Positions 9,577-19,542 of a stretch of DNA of 64,000 nt are shown piece by piece. Made by a program: the position numbers and the translations under genes. This DNA comes from an uncultured Thermoanaerobaculia bacterium (GTDB lineage Bacteria > Acidobacteriota > Thermoanaerobaculia > Multivoradales > Multivoraceae): NCBI GenBank assembly GCA_951812325.1, contig OX638294.1:3198859-3262858 (forward strand), in the 5' to 3' direction. The notes beneath the pieces are model-generated. The model ran no database searches. It was not told where the DNA came from and worked only from the letters and a program-made list of their open reading frames with translations. Positions within the stretch are counted from its first letter, which is position 1, and each line of letters starts with the position of its first letter.

Positions 9577-12544
9577 CGGTGTCGCCCTTCCGGTCCTTGA
9601 TCGGCGCGATAGCGAACGTCGTGCTCCACTTCGATCCGCGCTCCTCGAGCGCCAGGCCGTAACCAATCTCACGCAGCGTCGCGCGTGCGATGTGCAGCCC
9701 CATGCCGCGGCCCTCCGGCTTTCTGGTGAACCCGATATCGAAGACTTCGTCCCGGTCCCGGGCGTGAATGCCGGGTCCCGTGTCCGAGACGCGGAACGTC
9801 TTCCCGGACCTGTCGAGCTGGATTCGGCGCTCAAGCCGCTCGTTCAAACCCGAGAGCCAGTAGATCGCGTTGTCCACGAGATTGATGAACACAGGATAGA
9901 AGGAAGACGGATAGCCGCGCACGGCCGCGCTGGCGAAGGCGTCGGTCCGGGTCAACTCAACGTGGTGTCTGGCCAGTCGCTGGCCAAAGAGGTTGATCAG
10001 AAAATCGTGAATCTCCCACCCGCGAATGTCCACGGCTTTGCGGTAAAGTCTTCTTTGGAGCGGCGTAAATAGTGTCAGGTACGCGTCGAGATGATCGAAG
10101 CTGCCGCGAATCCCCTGATACAGCGACTTCAGTTCGCGATTCGCATCGGCCCAGGCCTTGAGGCCGCGCAGTCCCGATCGGACCGAACGGATGGCGGCGC
10201 CGAACTCGTGGCTGATGATCTCGATCGCCATGCCTAGCTGAGCGAGCTGAAGGTCGGCGGCAGCCTGTTCCTGGAGTGTGACGTTGCTCTGTTCCACGGC
10301 CTCAAGTTGATCGAGAAGCCAGGAGTCGGCCGTCAAATCGACGGCTTCCAGCTGCGAGCGAACGGCGTCGAGAGTTTTCTTTTCGGTCTCGAGCGCCTCG
10401 CGGATCGGAACTTCCAGATCGGAACGTACGGAAATCAGCTGCTGGTCGTCCAAGTCTGCAAGGTCGCGCCGGTCGAAATCGGCCATTCCGGCGCGAATGG
10501 CATCCTCGACATTCTGCACGCACCGCAGGGCCAGGCTGCGCACATCCTCCGAGATACTCTTCGCTCTCGCGTCTACTTCGCAACGACCCGCCTCCGTTTC
10601 TCTCCTGGCCGATTGACCCAGTTGGTTGAGAGCCGAGTCGATGCGTTCTCGGGCACTAACGTCGACGCCCGCCTTGGTCACTTCCTGCGTGACGACACTC
10701 TCAATGGACGTCCGGAGGTCTCGTATGCCGTCGGCAAGGTTCTGAAACGCTTCCCGGTAGTCGCCCCATTCCCGTTGCAAGGCGCGGCTCAAGCCGATAC
10801 GCGGCTTGGAAACCCGGTAACAGGTCTCCAGCTTCTCGAGATCTCTGCGGGCATTCCGTTCGATCTCTATGATTCGTCTGGCTGCTCGCCCGCGGTCCGT
10901 ATCGAGACTCGCCTCTTTCACTCGTTCCTCGGCCCCCAAGCCCAGTTCCATGGCGCTGTCAAGCGGCTTACTCGTCTCCATTCGCTGGAAGAAGGCCGCA
11001 AGGTCCTTCCTGAACTGGTCGCGCTTGGCGGTGACGGTTCTGGCGCGGGCACGCCTATGGCGCTCGATCTCGTCCAACTCGCGCTTGCGGCTCTTGAACC
11101 GTTCGCCGTACGCTCCCTCCTCCCGGAAGAAGTCGGCGGCCACCTGAACGAGGAAGCTCTTCAGAATGCTCCGCAGTTCACGGTAGGCCTTGTTCTGGCG
11201 GAAGCCCTCTCGCCCCGCCTTCTCGCGAAGACGTGAGTTGTTAACGGAGTCGACTTCAACCACGCCGAACATCTGTCGGTATGAGAAGTAGTAGTAGGAG
11301 GCGCTCTTGGTCCGCCGGAATTCGATTTTCAGCCAGTCGTAGTCGGTGGTCCCGTACGGTTGAATGCGCACGCCGTCCCGATAGATGTAGAGGCCCCCGA
11401 TGCGTCTCGTCTTCTCGAGCATTCGAGCATGCTCCGCCGGAGGAAGAGTGGAATGCCTGGATGCGCCCTCGATTGCGGCGAACCTGATATGGAACGGACC
11501 GCAGGCCGTGGGACGCCCTCTTCCGTCGCGCCAATTGATGACGTGGTCGCTCCTGGTCTCGCCGTAGATGGACACGCTGCCCTTGAACTGGCCATAAGCG
11601 TCGAATCTACCTGAGATCTGATGATCCGCGTTCTCGTAGTCGGAGCGAGTGAAGAACTCGTGCTCGCCGATGAGGTCCTCGCAGGCGCCATCCAGTCTGT
11701 GGTCGCGGAAAGCGGTGCGGATGATGGGCTCCGTGCCAGTCGCGAACGACGGAATGGTAAACCCCAGCAGTGCTTTCTGTAGCGGCGCCGCCGAACGGGA
11801 GGTCGCCTCCCCCGCCATGTCGTGGTCCAGGTCGGCCGATGCTGGCAGAAGGTAGAAGTGCGTACCGTGACCGCCGTCGAGGAGCGACGGCTGGCCCAGG
11901 TGTGCGGCGGTCGCCCGAGGATCAACGGCAAACGCTCCAAGGTCGCCCTTGATCCGGGCCCACTCCTCTTCGTCCATGCGTTTCTGAAGGCCTGCGTTCC
12001 TGTCGAGGAATGACTCCACCATCTCGGCTACGTCCTCGGCGTCGGGCAGGCTGCCTCCGGGAAGAGTGCGTAGCGGAATCCGGATGTCCTGGAGATTCAG
12101 TTCGGGACATTCGAAGACCCGCCAGTTGAGAAAGGCAGCCGTCAGGTCGGACAAGCCGTCGTCGCGAAGGGCGCGTGTGAGCACCAGGACTTGAGGAGCG
12201 ATCGTGGCGATGGCCAGGCGACCGATTCCCTTCTCCCCCAGAATGGGCCTTGCGCCTTGCAGCGGCTGGCGGCGTTGCCGCTCCGTGCGTTTCCGCCGAA
12301 TGCTGGTCTCCGTCGCGATGGTGAGCCATCGGTCGATGAACTCGTCGGTCTGCATGCCGAAGCCGTCGTCGCGCATCACGAACAGCCTGTCGCGGCGGTA
12401 GTAGTCAACTTCCACATGCCTGGCGTCCGCGTCGTGAGCGTTCTTGAACAGTTCGCTAATCGCGGTTGGGATGCCGGCGATCTGCTGTCTCCCCAGCATG
12501 TCCAGCGTTCTCGCCCGGGCCTTGAAGCTAACCTCCGTCGACAT
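9563..12544 (-). CDS. MORC/MutL-like GHKL ATPase fused to coiled coil and histidine kinase
   Basis: N-terminal GHKL motifs ELFKNAHDA, DDGFGM, GEKGIGRLA; S5-like region (EKAGREGF); C-terminal kinase boxes IISHEFG, NLVDNAIYW, DTGPGI, GFTRK, GRGMGL; TGATG coupling to the MTase. Confidence 0.88.
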   Translation of the reverse strand: MSTEVSFKARARTLDMLGRQQIAGIPTAISELFKNAHDADARHVEVDYYRRDRLFVMRDDGFGMQTDEFIDRWLTIATETSIRRKRTERQRRQPLQGARPILGEKGIGRLAIATIAPQVLVLTRALRDDGLSDLTAAFLNWRVFECPELNLQDIRIPLRTLPGGSLPDAEDVAEMVESFLDRNAGLQKRMDEEEWARIKGDLGAFAVDPRATAAHLGQPSLLDGGHGTHFYLLPASADLDHDMAGEATSRSAAPLQKALLGFTIPSFATGTEPIIRTAFRDHRLDGACEDLIGEHEFFTRSDYENADHQISGRFDAYGQFKGSVSIYGETRSDHVINWRDGRGRPTACGPFHIRFAAIEGASRHSTLPPAEHARMLEKTRRIGGLYIYRDGVRIQPYGTTDYDWLKIEFRRTKSASYYYFSYRQMFGVVEVDSVNNSRLREKAGREGFRQNKAYRELRSILKSFLVQVAADFFREEGAYGERFKSRKRELDEIERHRRARARTVTAKRDQFRKDLAAFFQRMETSKPLDSAMELGLGAEERVKEASLDTDRGRAARRIIEIERNARRDLEKLETCYRVSKPRIGLSRALQREWGDYREAFQNLADGIRDLRTSIESVVTQEVTKAGVDVSARERIDSALNQLGQSARRETEAGRCEVDARAKSISEDVRSLALRCVQNVEDAIRAGMADFDRRDLADLDDQQLISVRSDLEVPIREALETEKKTLDAVRSQLEAVDLTADSWLLDQLEAVEQSNVTLQEQAAADLQLAQLGMAIEIISHEFGAAIRSVRSGLRGLKAWADANRELKSLYQGIRGSFDHLDAYLTLFTPLQRRLYRKAVDIRGWEIHDFLINLFGQRLARHHVELTRTDAFASAAVRGYPSSFYPVFINLVDNAIYWLSGLNERLERRIQLDRSGKTFRVSDTGPGIHARDRDEVFDIGFTRKPEGRGMGLHIARATLREIGYGLALEERGSKWSTTFAIAPIKDRKGDTDDQP

Positions 12545-13647
12545 CAGCTCAAGCGTGCCTCGGCGAGGTGTCTGATGACGTGCTGTCCCACCAGGTTCGT
12601 CAACAGAGAAGGTACGGCGTTCCCAATCTGCCGGGCCATCGAGTTCAGATTGCCGCAGAGGTGAAAATCCATCGGAAATGTCTGAAGACACGCGGCTTCC
12701 CTGACGCTGATCGCACGATCCTGCTCAGGGTGCCCGAAGCGGCCGTTGGAATAGCTGATGCAACGCGTCGTGAGCCCGGAAGCCGGCCGGTCCCAAGACA
12801 TGCGACCGTAGACGTCGGTGTAGCCGGCAGTCTGCTTGTGGCATTCAAGACGAAGGGCCTCCGGCCAATCCCGGTGCCCGCCGCCCTCGGGGGTTGCCCG
12901 GATGCGCTCCAGATTGAGCTCGGACAGTCGAGCGGCGCGGTGGTCGCGGATTGCCGGGTGGGTCTCACCGGCGTCAATCCCCGGCAGGTCGCCTATCCAG
13001 TCGCGCACGGTGGAGAACTCGGGGTTGGCCGCGCCCGGCCCGTGGGTTTTGGGAGGGAGACCCACGGGTCCGTGGCGACTGGCGAGGAGCAGGAATCGGC
13101 GGCGACCCTGCGGCACTCCGTAGTGCTTCAAGGGCACTGAAGTGCAGGTCGGCTTGGGATAGCCCGCCTCCTCCAATCCCTGAAGGAAGTCGCTCAGCGG
13201 TTCAGATTCGGGGCACACATTCTGAATCCCCGGGACATTCTCCACGAAGACGACGTCCGGCTTGCATCTGCGGATGAAGCGCAGGAGCTCAAGAAGCAAG
13301 GGCACCCGTTCGTCTTCTGTGGGCTTGGGACGGCTGGTATTCTGCTTGGTGAAAGGCTGGCAGGGTGCGCATCCGCAGAACAGAATGGGGCGCGGTCGGT
13401 GTTCAACCACCAGCTCGTGGACGGAGCCTTCATCCACATCCCGAATGTCGCTGCGTTCGAAGACGGCCGCTGGGAAGTTGCGCCGGTAGGTTCGCTCGGC
13501 GTCGGCGTCACAATCGAGTCCGAACACGATCTCCATTCCGGCGTCTTGAAAACCGCGGCTGGCCCCGCCGCAACCGGAGAAGAAATCGAAGACCACCGCT
13601 CGCCGCCAAGCCGCGCCGTTCGTGTTGGGATCGTCGAGGGAATTCAT
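12544..13647 (-). CDS. DNA (cytosine-5)-methyltransferase
   Basis: DFFSGCGG, APCQPF, VENVPG, YGVPQGRRR, RAISVREAACLQTFP, QIGNAVP. Confidence 0.95.
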   Translation of the reverse strand: MNSLDDPNTNGAAWRRAVVFDFFSGCGGASRGFQDAGMEIVFGLDCDADAERTYRRNFPAAVFERSDIRDVDEGSVHELVVEHRPRPILFCGCAPCQPFTKQNTSRPKPTEDERVPLLLELLRFIRRCKPDVVFVENVPGIQNVCPESEPLSDFLQGLEEAGYPKPTCTSVPLKHYGVPQGRRRFLLLASRHGPVGLPPKTHGPGAANPEFSTVRDWIGDLPGIDAGETHPAIRDHRAARLSELNLERIRATPEGGGHRDWPEALRLECHKQTAGYTDVYGRMSWDRPASGLTTRCISYSNGRFGHPEQDRAISVREAACLQTFPMDFHLCGNLNSMARQIGNAVPSLLTNLVGQHVIRHLAEARLS

Positions 13648-13764
13648 GGACGACTCGACTACTGCGAAGAGGTTCCAAGAGGCGGCGAAAGCCTAACAAA
13701 TCGCGACGGAAGCGGGCCTTCGGACGGACGTCCCATCGGCAGATCAGCGCAGGGGCGGAAACCG

Positions 13765-15021
13765 TTAACCTTCAACGATCTCCGCGTCATGCCCGCACCA
13801 CACGAGGCCTGACACGAGCTTCGGCAGGAAGCGGGTCGACTTGGGCGGCAGCAGGTCGCCGTCTTCGGTCGCGAGGGCGAACTGCTTCGGGGTCATCGGC
13901 GGCAGGAAGACGCCGGTGGTGACGGCGCCGCTTTGCAGCAGTTCGATGATGTCTTCCGGGTCGGCTTCGTAGGCGATGCTGCCGTCGGTGGCGGATTCGA
14001 TTGGGACGCCGGCGGTCGTCAGCAGGTGATGGTGGAGCAGGGAGGCCGGCAGGTCGGCCTTGCGTCCGGGCATGTCGGCGGGCGCGGCCGCGGCGTCGAG
14101 GGTCCACAGTTCGGGTGACGGGTCGCCCTGGAACCAGACGGCGAGGGCGGGCTGCGGCGCGGCCGCGACGCGGGCGGCGATGTCCTTGCCGGCGGTCGCT
14201 TCCAGGGTCTCGCGGCGCGCCGGCAGCGCGGACATCGCCTCGCGGTCGACCGGGACGCGGATGCCGCGGTGGACCGGGTCGATCCGGAGGTTCGCGGAGG
14301 CCAGGCTGGTGAGGACGACCATCTTGCACGCCGCGGCGGCGCCGCCCTTTGCCCCCTCCTCGGCGGCGTAGGTCTGGGCGACCTGGGTGCGATGATGGCC
14401 GTCGGCGATCGCGGCGCGGGCGCCCTTGAGCGCCGCGGCGTAGGCGCCGATCCGCTCGGGGTCGGTGATCCGGAAAAGGCTGTGGACGTCGCCGGTCCAC
14501 GGGTCGGTGTGACGGACCAGGGCGTCGCCCGCGGCGCCGCTTGAGTCTTCGCTCAGCAGGCGTTCCAGGACGCCGTCGTCCTCGGCGAGGTAGAACACGG
14601 GCTCGATGTCGATTTGCGTGAGCCGGAGCAGGGCCAGGCGCTCGGCGATCGACTTGGCGACCGTCTGTTCGTGGGGCCGGAGGTCCCCCTCGCGTCCCGG
14701 CTCGACGCCGACCAGGGCGCACAGGCCGAGGCGGCTCGAGCCGTCGGGCCGGGCGATCGCGTACGGGTAAAGCGAGGGAGTCTCGTCGCGCTCGACGACT
14801 CCGTTCTCCAGCCACTCCCGGTGGAGCGCGGCCGCGTGCTCGTGCGGCGTCTCGCCGTCACGCGCCACGGGCTTCGTCACCCGGGAGAACTGGTGCGGCG
14901 ACTGCGCGTGCAGGCGGTCGCGCAGGGTCTCGTCGATCTGGTCGAAGGGCGGCGCCGCCTGAGCTGCGGCATCGAGCCTGGCGGAGTTGTAGCGGTAGCC
15001 CTGGAAGGCGTAGAGCTTCAT
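13765..15021 (-). CDS. DUF1015 family protein
   Basis: APPFDQI, PHEQT, IADGHHR, LPPKSTRFLPKLVSGL. Confidence 0.85.
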   Translation of the reverse strand: MKLYAFQGYRYNSARLDAAAQAAPPFDQIDETLRDRLHAQSPHQFSRVTKPVARDGETPHEHAAALHREWLENGVVERDETPSLYPYAIARPDGSSRLGLCALVGVEPGREGDLRPHEQTVAKSIAERLALLRLTQIDIEPVFYLAEDDGVLERLLSEDSSGAAGDALVRHTDPWTGDVHSLFRITDPERIGAYAAALKGARAAIADGHHRTQVAQTYAAEEGAKGGAAAACKMVVLTSLASANLRIDPVHRGIRVPVDREAMSALPARRETLEATAGKDIAARVAAAPQPALAVWFQGDPSPELWTLDAAAAPADMPGRKADLPASLLHHHLLTTAGVPIESATDGSIAYEADPEDIIELLQSGAVTTGVFLPPMTPKQFALATEDGDLLPPKSTRFLPKLVSGLVWCGHDAEIVEG

Positions 15022-15187
15022 TGCGGCTCCTGGTTGGCGCTGGAGTCTGCCCCCATCGGGGGTTGCATCGGGGTTGCAGCGGGGTTGAAGTGGGAAGACG
15101 GTTGAGCCGGGGCGCCGGGGAACGGTCCGGCTGGTCCCCGATTTCCGGGGCGGTACTCGTCGGTAGCGGGTCGCCGGGGGTTGCGGT

Positions 15188-17836
15188 TCAGGCGGCGCGA
15201 CTGTCGTCGCTTCCGGCTTCGTTTGAACCGGTCGTCGGTCCGGTTCGGATCGAGAGGCTACCGCCTTCCACGTCGATCACAATCCGATCTCCCGCGCCGA
15301 GATCGCCGCCGACCAGGGCGCGTCCCAGGCGGGTCTCGACCTCGCGCTGAAGGTAGCGCTTGAGCGGCCGGGCGCCGTAGACGGGGTCGTATCCGGCGCG
15401 GGCCGTGAACTCGCGCGCCGCCGGGGTCAGTTCGAGCCCGATCCCCTGGTCGCCGAGGCGCTGCTCGAGGTCGGCCGTCAGCAGGCCGACGATCTGCTCG
15501 ATCTCCGACACGGTGAGCGGCGAGAACAGGACGACCTCGTCGATCCGGTTGAGGAACTCGGGCCGGAAGCTGCGGCGCAGCTCGGCCATCACGGCGTCCC
15601 GGGCCGCGTCCGTGATCTCGCCCGCCGGCGTGACGCCTTCCAGCAGGCGGGGAGAACCCAGGTTGGAGGTCATGATGACGACCGTGTTCTTGAAGTTGAC
15701 GGTGCGTCCCTGGGAGTCGGTGATCCGACCGTCGTCCAGAATCTGCAGGAGCACGTTGAACACGTCGCGGTGCGCCTTCTCGATCTCGTCGAACAGGACG
15801 ACCGCGTACGGCTTGCGCCTTACCGCCTCGGTCAGCTGCCCTCCGTCCTCGTGGCCGACGTAGCCGGGCGGCGCCCCGACCAGGCGCGAGACGGTGTGCC
15901 GCTCCATGTACTCGCTCATGTCGAGGCGGACCATGTTGTCCTCGGTGTCGAAGAGCGCCTCCGCCAGCGTCTTGGCGAGTTCCGTCTTGCCGACGCCGGT
16001 GGGGCCGAGGAAGAGGAAGGAGCCGATCGGGCGCCGCGGATCCTTGATTCCCGACCGGGCGCGGATCACCGCGTCGGCCACCAGGCCTACTGCTTCGTTT
16101 TGGCCGATCACCCGGCGGTGCAGGATCTCGTCGAGACGCAGCAGCTTCTCGCGCTCGCCCTCGACCAGGCGGGTGACCGGGACGCCGGTCCACCTGGACA
16201 CGATCTCCGCGATCTCGTGGTCGGTCACCTCTTCCCGCAGCAGGCGGCCCGAGGCGTCGGCCGCGCCTTCCGCCTGCTCCTGGCTCTCGAGCTTCGCGCT
16301 CAACTCCGGGAGCACGCCGTGCCGCAGCTCGGCGGCCCGGTTCAGGTCGTAGTGGCGTTCGGCGACCTCGATCTCGCGCCGCACCTGTTCGATCTGCTCG
16401 CGCACCTTCCGCTCGTCGTCGATTGCCGCCTTCTCGCTCTCCCACTGGCTGCGCATCGCCGCGTCGCGGGTCCGCAGGTCGGCGAGTTCACGTCTGAGCG
16501 TCTGCAGGCGCGCCTGGCTCGACTTGTCGGTTTCCTTGGTCAGCGCCGCCTCCTCGATCTCGAGCCGCATGACGCGGCGGGTCACTTCGTCGAGTTCGGC
16601 CGGCAGGGAGTCGATCTCCGTGCGGATCAGGGCGCCCGCTTCGTCGACCAGGTCGAGCGCCTTGTCGGGCAGGAACCGGTCCGAGACGTAGCGGTCCGAG
16701 AGGGTGGCTGCGGCGACCAGCGCGTTGTCCTGGATCCGTACGCCGTGGTGGACCTCGAAGCGTTCGCGCAGGCCGCGCAGGATGGACACCGTGTCCTCCA
16801 CCGACGGCGCATCGACCAGAATCGGCTGGAACCGCCGCTCGAGGGCAGCGTCCTTCTCGATGTACCTGCGGTACTCGTCCAGGGTGGTGGCGCCGATGCA
16901 ATGGAGTTCGCCGCGCGCGAGCATCGGCTTGAGCAGATTGCCGGCGTCGGTGGAGCCTTCGGTGCGGCCGGCGCCGACGATGTTGTGAACCTCGTCGATG
17001 AACAGCAGGATGCGTCCCTCGCTTTGGGCGATCTCGGTCAGCACGGCCTTCAACCGCTCCTCGAACTCGCCGCGGTACTTGGCGCCGGCAAGCAGCGCCC
17101 CGAGGTCGAGCGAGAAGACGCTGCGGTCCTTGAGCCATTCGGGCACGTCGCCGCGGACGATGCGCCCTGCCAGTCCCTCGACGATGGCCGTCTTGCCGAC
17201 GCCCGGTTCGCCGATCAGCACCGGGTTGTTCTTGCGTCTGCGGGAGAGGATGCGGATCGCTCGGCGGATCTCCGAATCGCGCCCGATGACCGGGTCCATC
17301 TTGCCGGCCCGCGCCTGAGCGACCAGGTCGACACCGTACTTCTCGAGGGCCTCGTACGAGGCTTCCGGATTGTTGCTGGTCACACGCTGGGCGCCGCGCA
17401 GGGTCTTGAGCGTTTCCAGGAGCTGCGGCCGAGAGAGGCCGGCGTCGGCCAGGGCCCTGGCGGCGCCGTCCCTGCCTTCGGCTGCCGCGAGCAGCAGATG
17501 CTCGACCGACACGTAGTCGTCGCCGAGCGCCCCGGCCTCGTCTTCTGCCCGGATCAGGAGCTGCTGCAGGTCGGTCGTGACGTAGAGCTTGCCGAGTTCG
17601 TCCGCGCCGCCGGTGACCTTCGGCTTGCGCTCGAGGTCGGCCCGGAGTCTTGCGCCGAGTGTGGCCGCGTTGATGTCGAGGCGCTGGAGCAGCCGGGGCG
17701 TCAGACCGTCGTGCTGGTCGAGCAGAGCGAGCAGCAGATGCTCGCTGTCAACCTGTTGGTGGCCGAGACGCCGCGCCCGGTCCTGGGCGCCGGTCAGAGC
17801 TTCCTGGGACTTGATCGTCAGCTTGTTCGGGTCCAT
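15188..17836 (-). CDS. clpB: ATP-dependent chaperone ClpB
   Basis: Two AAA+ modules ([16 protein letters not shown]), [11 protein letters not shown], long middle coiled-coil domain, GARPLKR. Confidence 0.97.
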   Translation of the reverse strand: MDPNKLTIKSQEALTGAQDRARRLGHQQVDSEHLLLALLDQHDGLTPRLLQRLDINAATLGARLRADLERKPKVTGGADELGKLYVTTDLQQLLIRAEDEAGALGDDYVSVEHLLLAAAEGRDGAARALADAGLSRPQLLETLKTLRGAQRVTSNNPEASYEALEKYGVDLVAQARAGKMDPVIGRDSEIRRAIRILSRRRKNNPVLIGEPGVGKTAIVEGLAGRIVRGDVPEWLKDRSVFSLDLGALLAGAKYRGEFEERLKAVLTEIAQSEGRILLFIDEVHNIVGAGRTEGSTDAGNLLKPMLARGELHCIGATTLDEYRRYIEKDAALERRFQPILVDAPSVEDTVSILRGLRERFEVHHGVRIQDNALVAAATLSDRYVSDRFLPDKALDLVDEAGALIRTEIDSLPAELDEVTRRVMRLEIEEAALTKETDKSSQARLQTLRRELADLRTRDAAMRSQWESEKAAIDDERKVREQIEQVRREIEVAERHYDLNRAAELRHGVLPELSAKLESQEQAEGAADASGRLLREEVTDHEIAEIVSRWTGVPVTRLVEGEREKLLRLDEILHRRVIGQNEAVGLVADAVIRARSGIKDPRRPIGSFLFLGPTGVGKTELAKTLAEALFDTEDNMVRLDMSEYMERHTVSRLVGAPPGYVGHEDGGQLTEAVRRKPYAVVLFDEIEKAHRDVFNVLLQILDDGRITDSQGRTVNFKNTVVIMTSNLGSPRLLEGVTPAGEITDAARDAVMAELRRSFRPEFLNRIDEVVLFSPLTVSEIEQIVGLLTADLEQRLGDQGIGLELTPAAREFTARAGYDPVYGARPLKRYLQREVETRLGRALVGGDLGAGDRIVIDVEGGSLSIRTGPTTGSNEAGSDDSRAA

Positions 17837-17860
17837 GTCGTTCAGGTTCTCCTGTTGGGT

Positions 17861-18853
17861 TCAGGGGCCTTGTCCACGTTCTCCGCCAGCGGTCCCGCCG
17901 CTCCCGCCGGCTCCGGAGGCGTCGCCGGCCGGCTCGAAGTCCGAGATCTCGCGAAGCTGCTCGAACAGCGCCTGCTCCTCCGCGGTGAGCACCCTGGGGA
18001 CGACGACCTGGACTTCCACCAGTAGATCGCCGTCCGGGCCCTTGGGATCGGGCAGTCCGCGACCGCGCAGGCGCATCTTCCGGCCGGTCGAGGAGCCGGG
18101 CGGGAGCTGTGTCTCCGCATGCCCGGCGAGGGTCGGAATCCGCACCTTCCCGCCCAGCGCCGCGGTCCAGGGCGCCACCGGCACGTCGCAGTGAAGGTCG
18201 CGCCCGCGACGGCGGAAGATCGGATGCGGCAGGGCTTCGACCTTGAGCAGAAGATCGCCATCCGGGGCGCCCAGCCCCTTGCCGCCCTGGCCGCCGAGCC
18301 GGATCGATTGCCCGGGAAGTACGCCCTGCGGAACATTCACCTCCAGGCGCCGGGTCCGGCCGGTCGAACGGTCCAGGAACTCGATCGCACGCGGGCCGCC
18401 CTCAGCCAGGTCCTCGAGGCTGAGCGGCAGCGCCATCTCGTGGTTCCGGCCGCGGCGGGGTGGGGTCCGGCTTCCGGGGCGGCCGCCGCCGGGAAAGTCC
18501 TGCGGACCGGCGCCGCCGAACAGCATGTCGAAGAAGGAGCTGAAGCCGGAGGCGCCGCCGGGACCGCGGCCGCCGCCGAAGCTGAAGTCGAAACGCTCCC
18601 ATCCGGGCGGGGGAGCGCCCCCGGTCTGCACTCTCTGCCAGGCGGCGCCGTACTGGTCGTACCTGCCGCGCTTCTCCTGGTCCTTGAGCACTTCGTACGC
18701 TTCGCCGATGTCCTTGAAGCGGCCCTCGGCGCCCGGGTCCTTGTTCACGTCCGGGTGGAACTGGCGGGCGAGCTTCCGGTAGGCCCGCTGGATCTCCGTC
18801 GCCGAGGCGTCCTTCGAGACGCCCAGCGTCTTGTAGTAGTCCTTGTATTCCAC
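17861..18853 (-). CDS. cbpA: DnaJ-class co-chaperone without zinc finger (CbpA type)
   Basis: GTG start at 18853: (M)EYKDYYKTLGV, HPD motif, G/F region, GFSSFFDMLFG, DnaJ C-terminal domain, no CxxCxGxG repeats. Confidence 0.88.
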   Translation of the reverse strand: MEYKDYYKTLGVSKDASATEIQRAYRKLARQFHPDVNKDPGAEGRFKDIGEAYEVLKDQEKRGRYDQYGAAWQRVQTGGAPPPGWERFDFSFGGGRGPGGASGFSSFFDMLFGGAGPQDFPGGGRPGSRTPPRRGRNHEMALPLSLEDLAEGGPRAIEFLDRSTGRTRRLEVNVPQGVLPGQSIRLGGQGGKGLGAPDGDLLLKVEALPHPIFRRRGRDLHCDVPVAPWTAALGGKVRIPTLAGHAETQLPPGSSTGRKMRLRGRGLPDPKGPDGDLLVEVQVVVPRVLTAEEQALFEQLREISDFEPAGDASGAGGSGGTAGGERGQGP

Positions 18854-18903
18854 CTGTTCTCCGTTCCGTGGGTCTGAGCGCCAGCGGCCCAGGTTCGGCA
18901 GAT

Positions 18904-18926
18904 AGTTTAGTCGATCACACTCAACT
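18904..18926. promoter_or_regulatory. HAIR-like operator (HspR-associated inverted repeat)
   Basis: AGTTTAGT-N7-ACTCAACT, 7/8 inverted repeat matching CTTGAGT-N7-ACTCAAG, 50 bp upstream of the cbpA-clpB operon. Confidence 0.7.
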
Positions 18927-18937
18927 TTGGAAGGCAG

Positions 18938-18992
18938 GCCGGCGCACCTGTACCTTTGCCGGGTGGATTCCGGTCCCTGTCCGAGGCCGTCC
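18938..18992. repeat. Dispersed 55-bp intergenic repeat, copy 1
   Basis: 51/55 identical to 37467-37521, same orientation. Confidence 0.85.
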
Positions 18993-19128
18993 GAGAGGCG
19001 AGCAGTGGTCGAGGCTGCGGTAGCTGTGGGAACCGGTCTGCCGGTTTCCAAGGTCCGGCGGGAAACGGCTAAGCCGTTTTCCGCGGGACCGGCAGCTTCC
19101 CAGTGGCGGCGCCGGAGCCAGATGCACG

Positions 19129-19154
19129 AGGGGCGCGACTCGCGTCGCGCCCCT
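19129..19154 (-). terminator. GC-rich hairpin downstream of the ferredoxin gene
   Basis: Perfect 11-bp stem aggggcgcgac/gtcgcgcccct with 4-nt loop; no clear U-tract. Confidence 0.4.
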
Positions 19155-19179
19155 TCGCCAGTCGCTGATCCCGGTCCGT

Positions 19180-19431
19180 CTACGGCGGGTCGAAGCCGAA
19201 GATCGTGTAGTTCAGCGCAATGTACTTCTCCTGGTCCTCCGGGACCTCCTCGAGCGGCAGGATCGCCTGGACCGGACATGCATCAACGCACAGTCCGCAG
19301 TCGATGCACTCCTCGGGGTGGATGTAGAGCATGTCCCAGTCGTCATCGTCGTAAATGCAGTCGACCGGGCAGACGTCCACGCACGACGTGTCCTTCACGC
19401 CGATGCAGGGTTCAAAGATGATGTGGGTCAT
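19180..19431 (-). CDS. fdxA: Ferredoxin (7Fe type, 3Fe-4S + 4Fe-4S)
   Basis: CIGVKDTSCVDVCPVDCI and LYIHPEECIDCGLCVDACP. Confidence 0.92.
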   Translation of the reverse strand: MTHIIFEPCIGVKDTSCVDVCPVDCIYDDDDWDMLYIHPEECIDCGLCVDACPVQAILPLEEVPEDQEKYIALNYTIFGFDPP

Positions 19432-19542
19432 CGGACGCTTCCTCGTGCGAACCAGTAGGCGCCGGAAATCTCCGGTTCCGGCGGATTCAAGGTGCGGCAG
19501 ACAGTACCAGAGTCGCTATCGGGGGAGAACCCGCCGCGTCCG

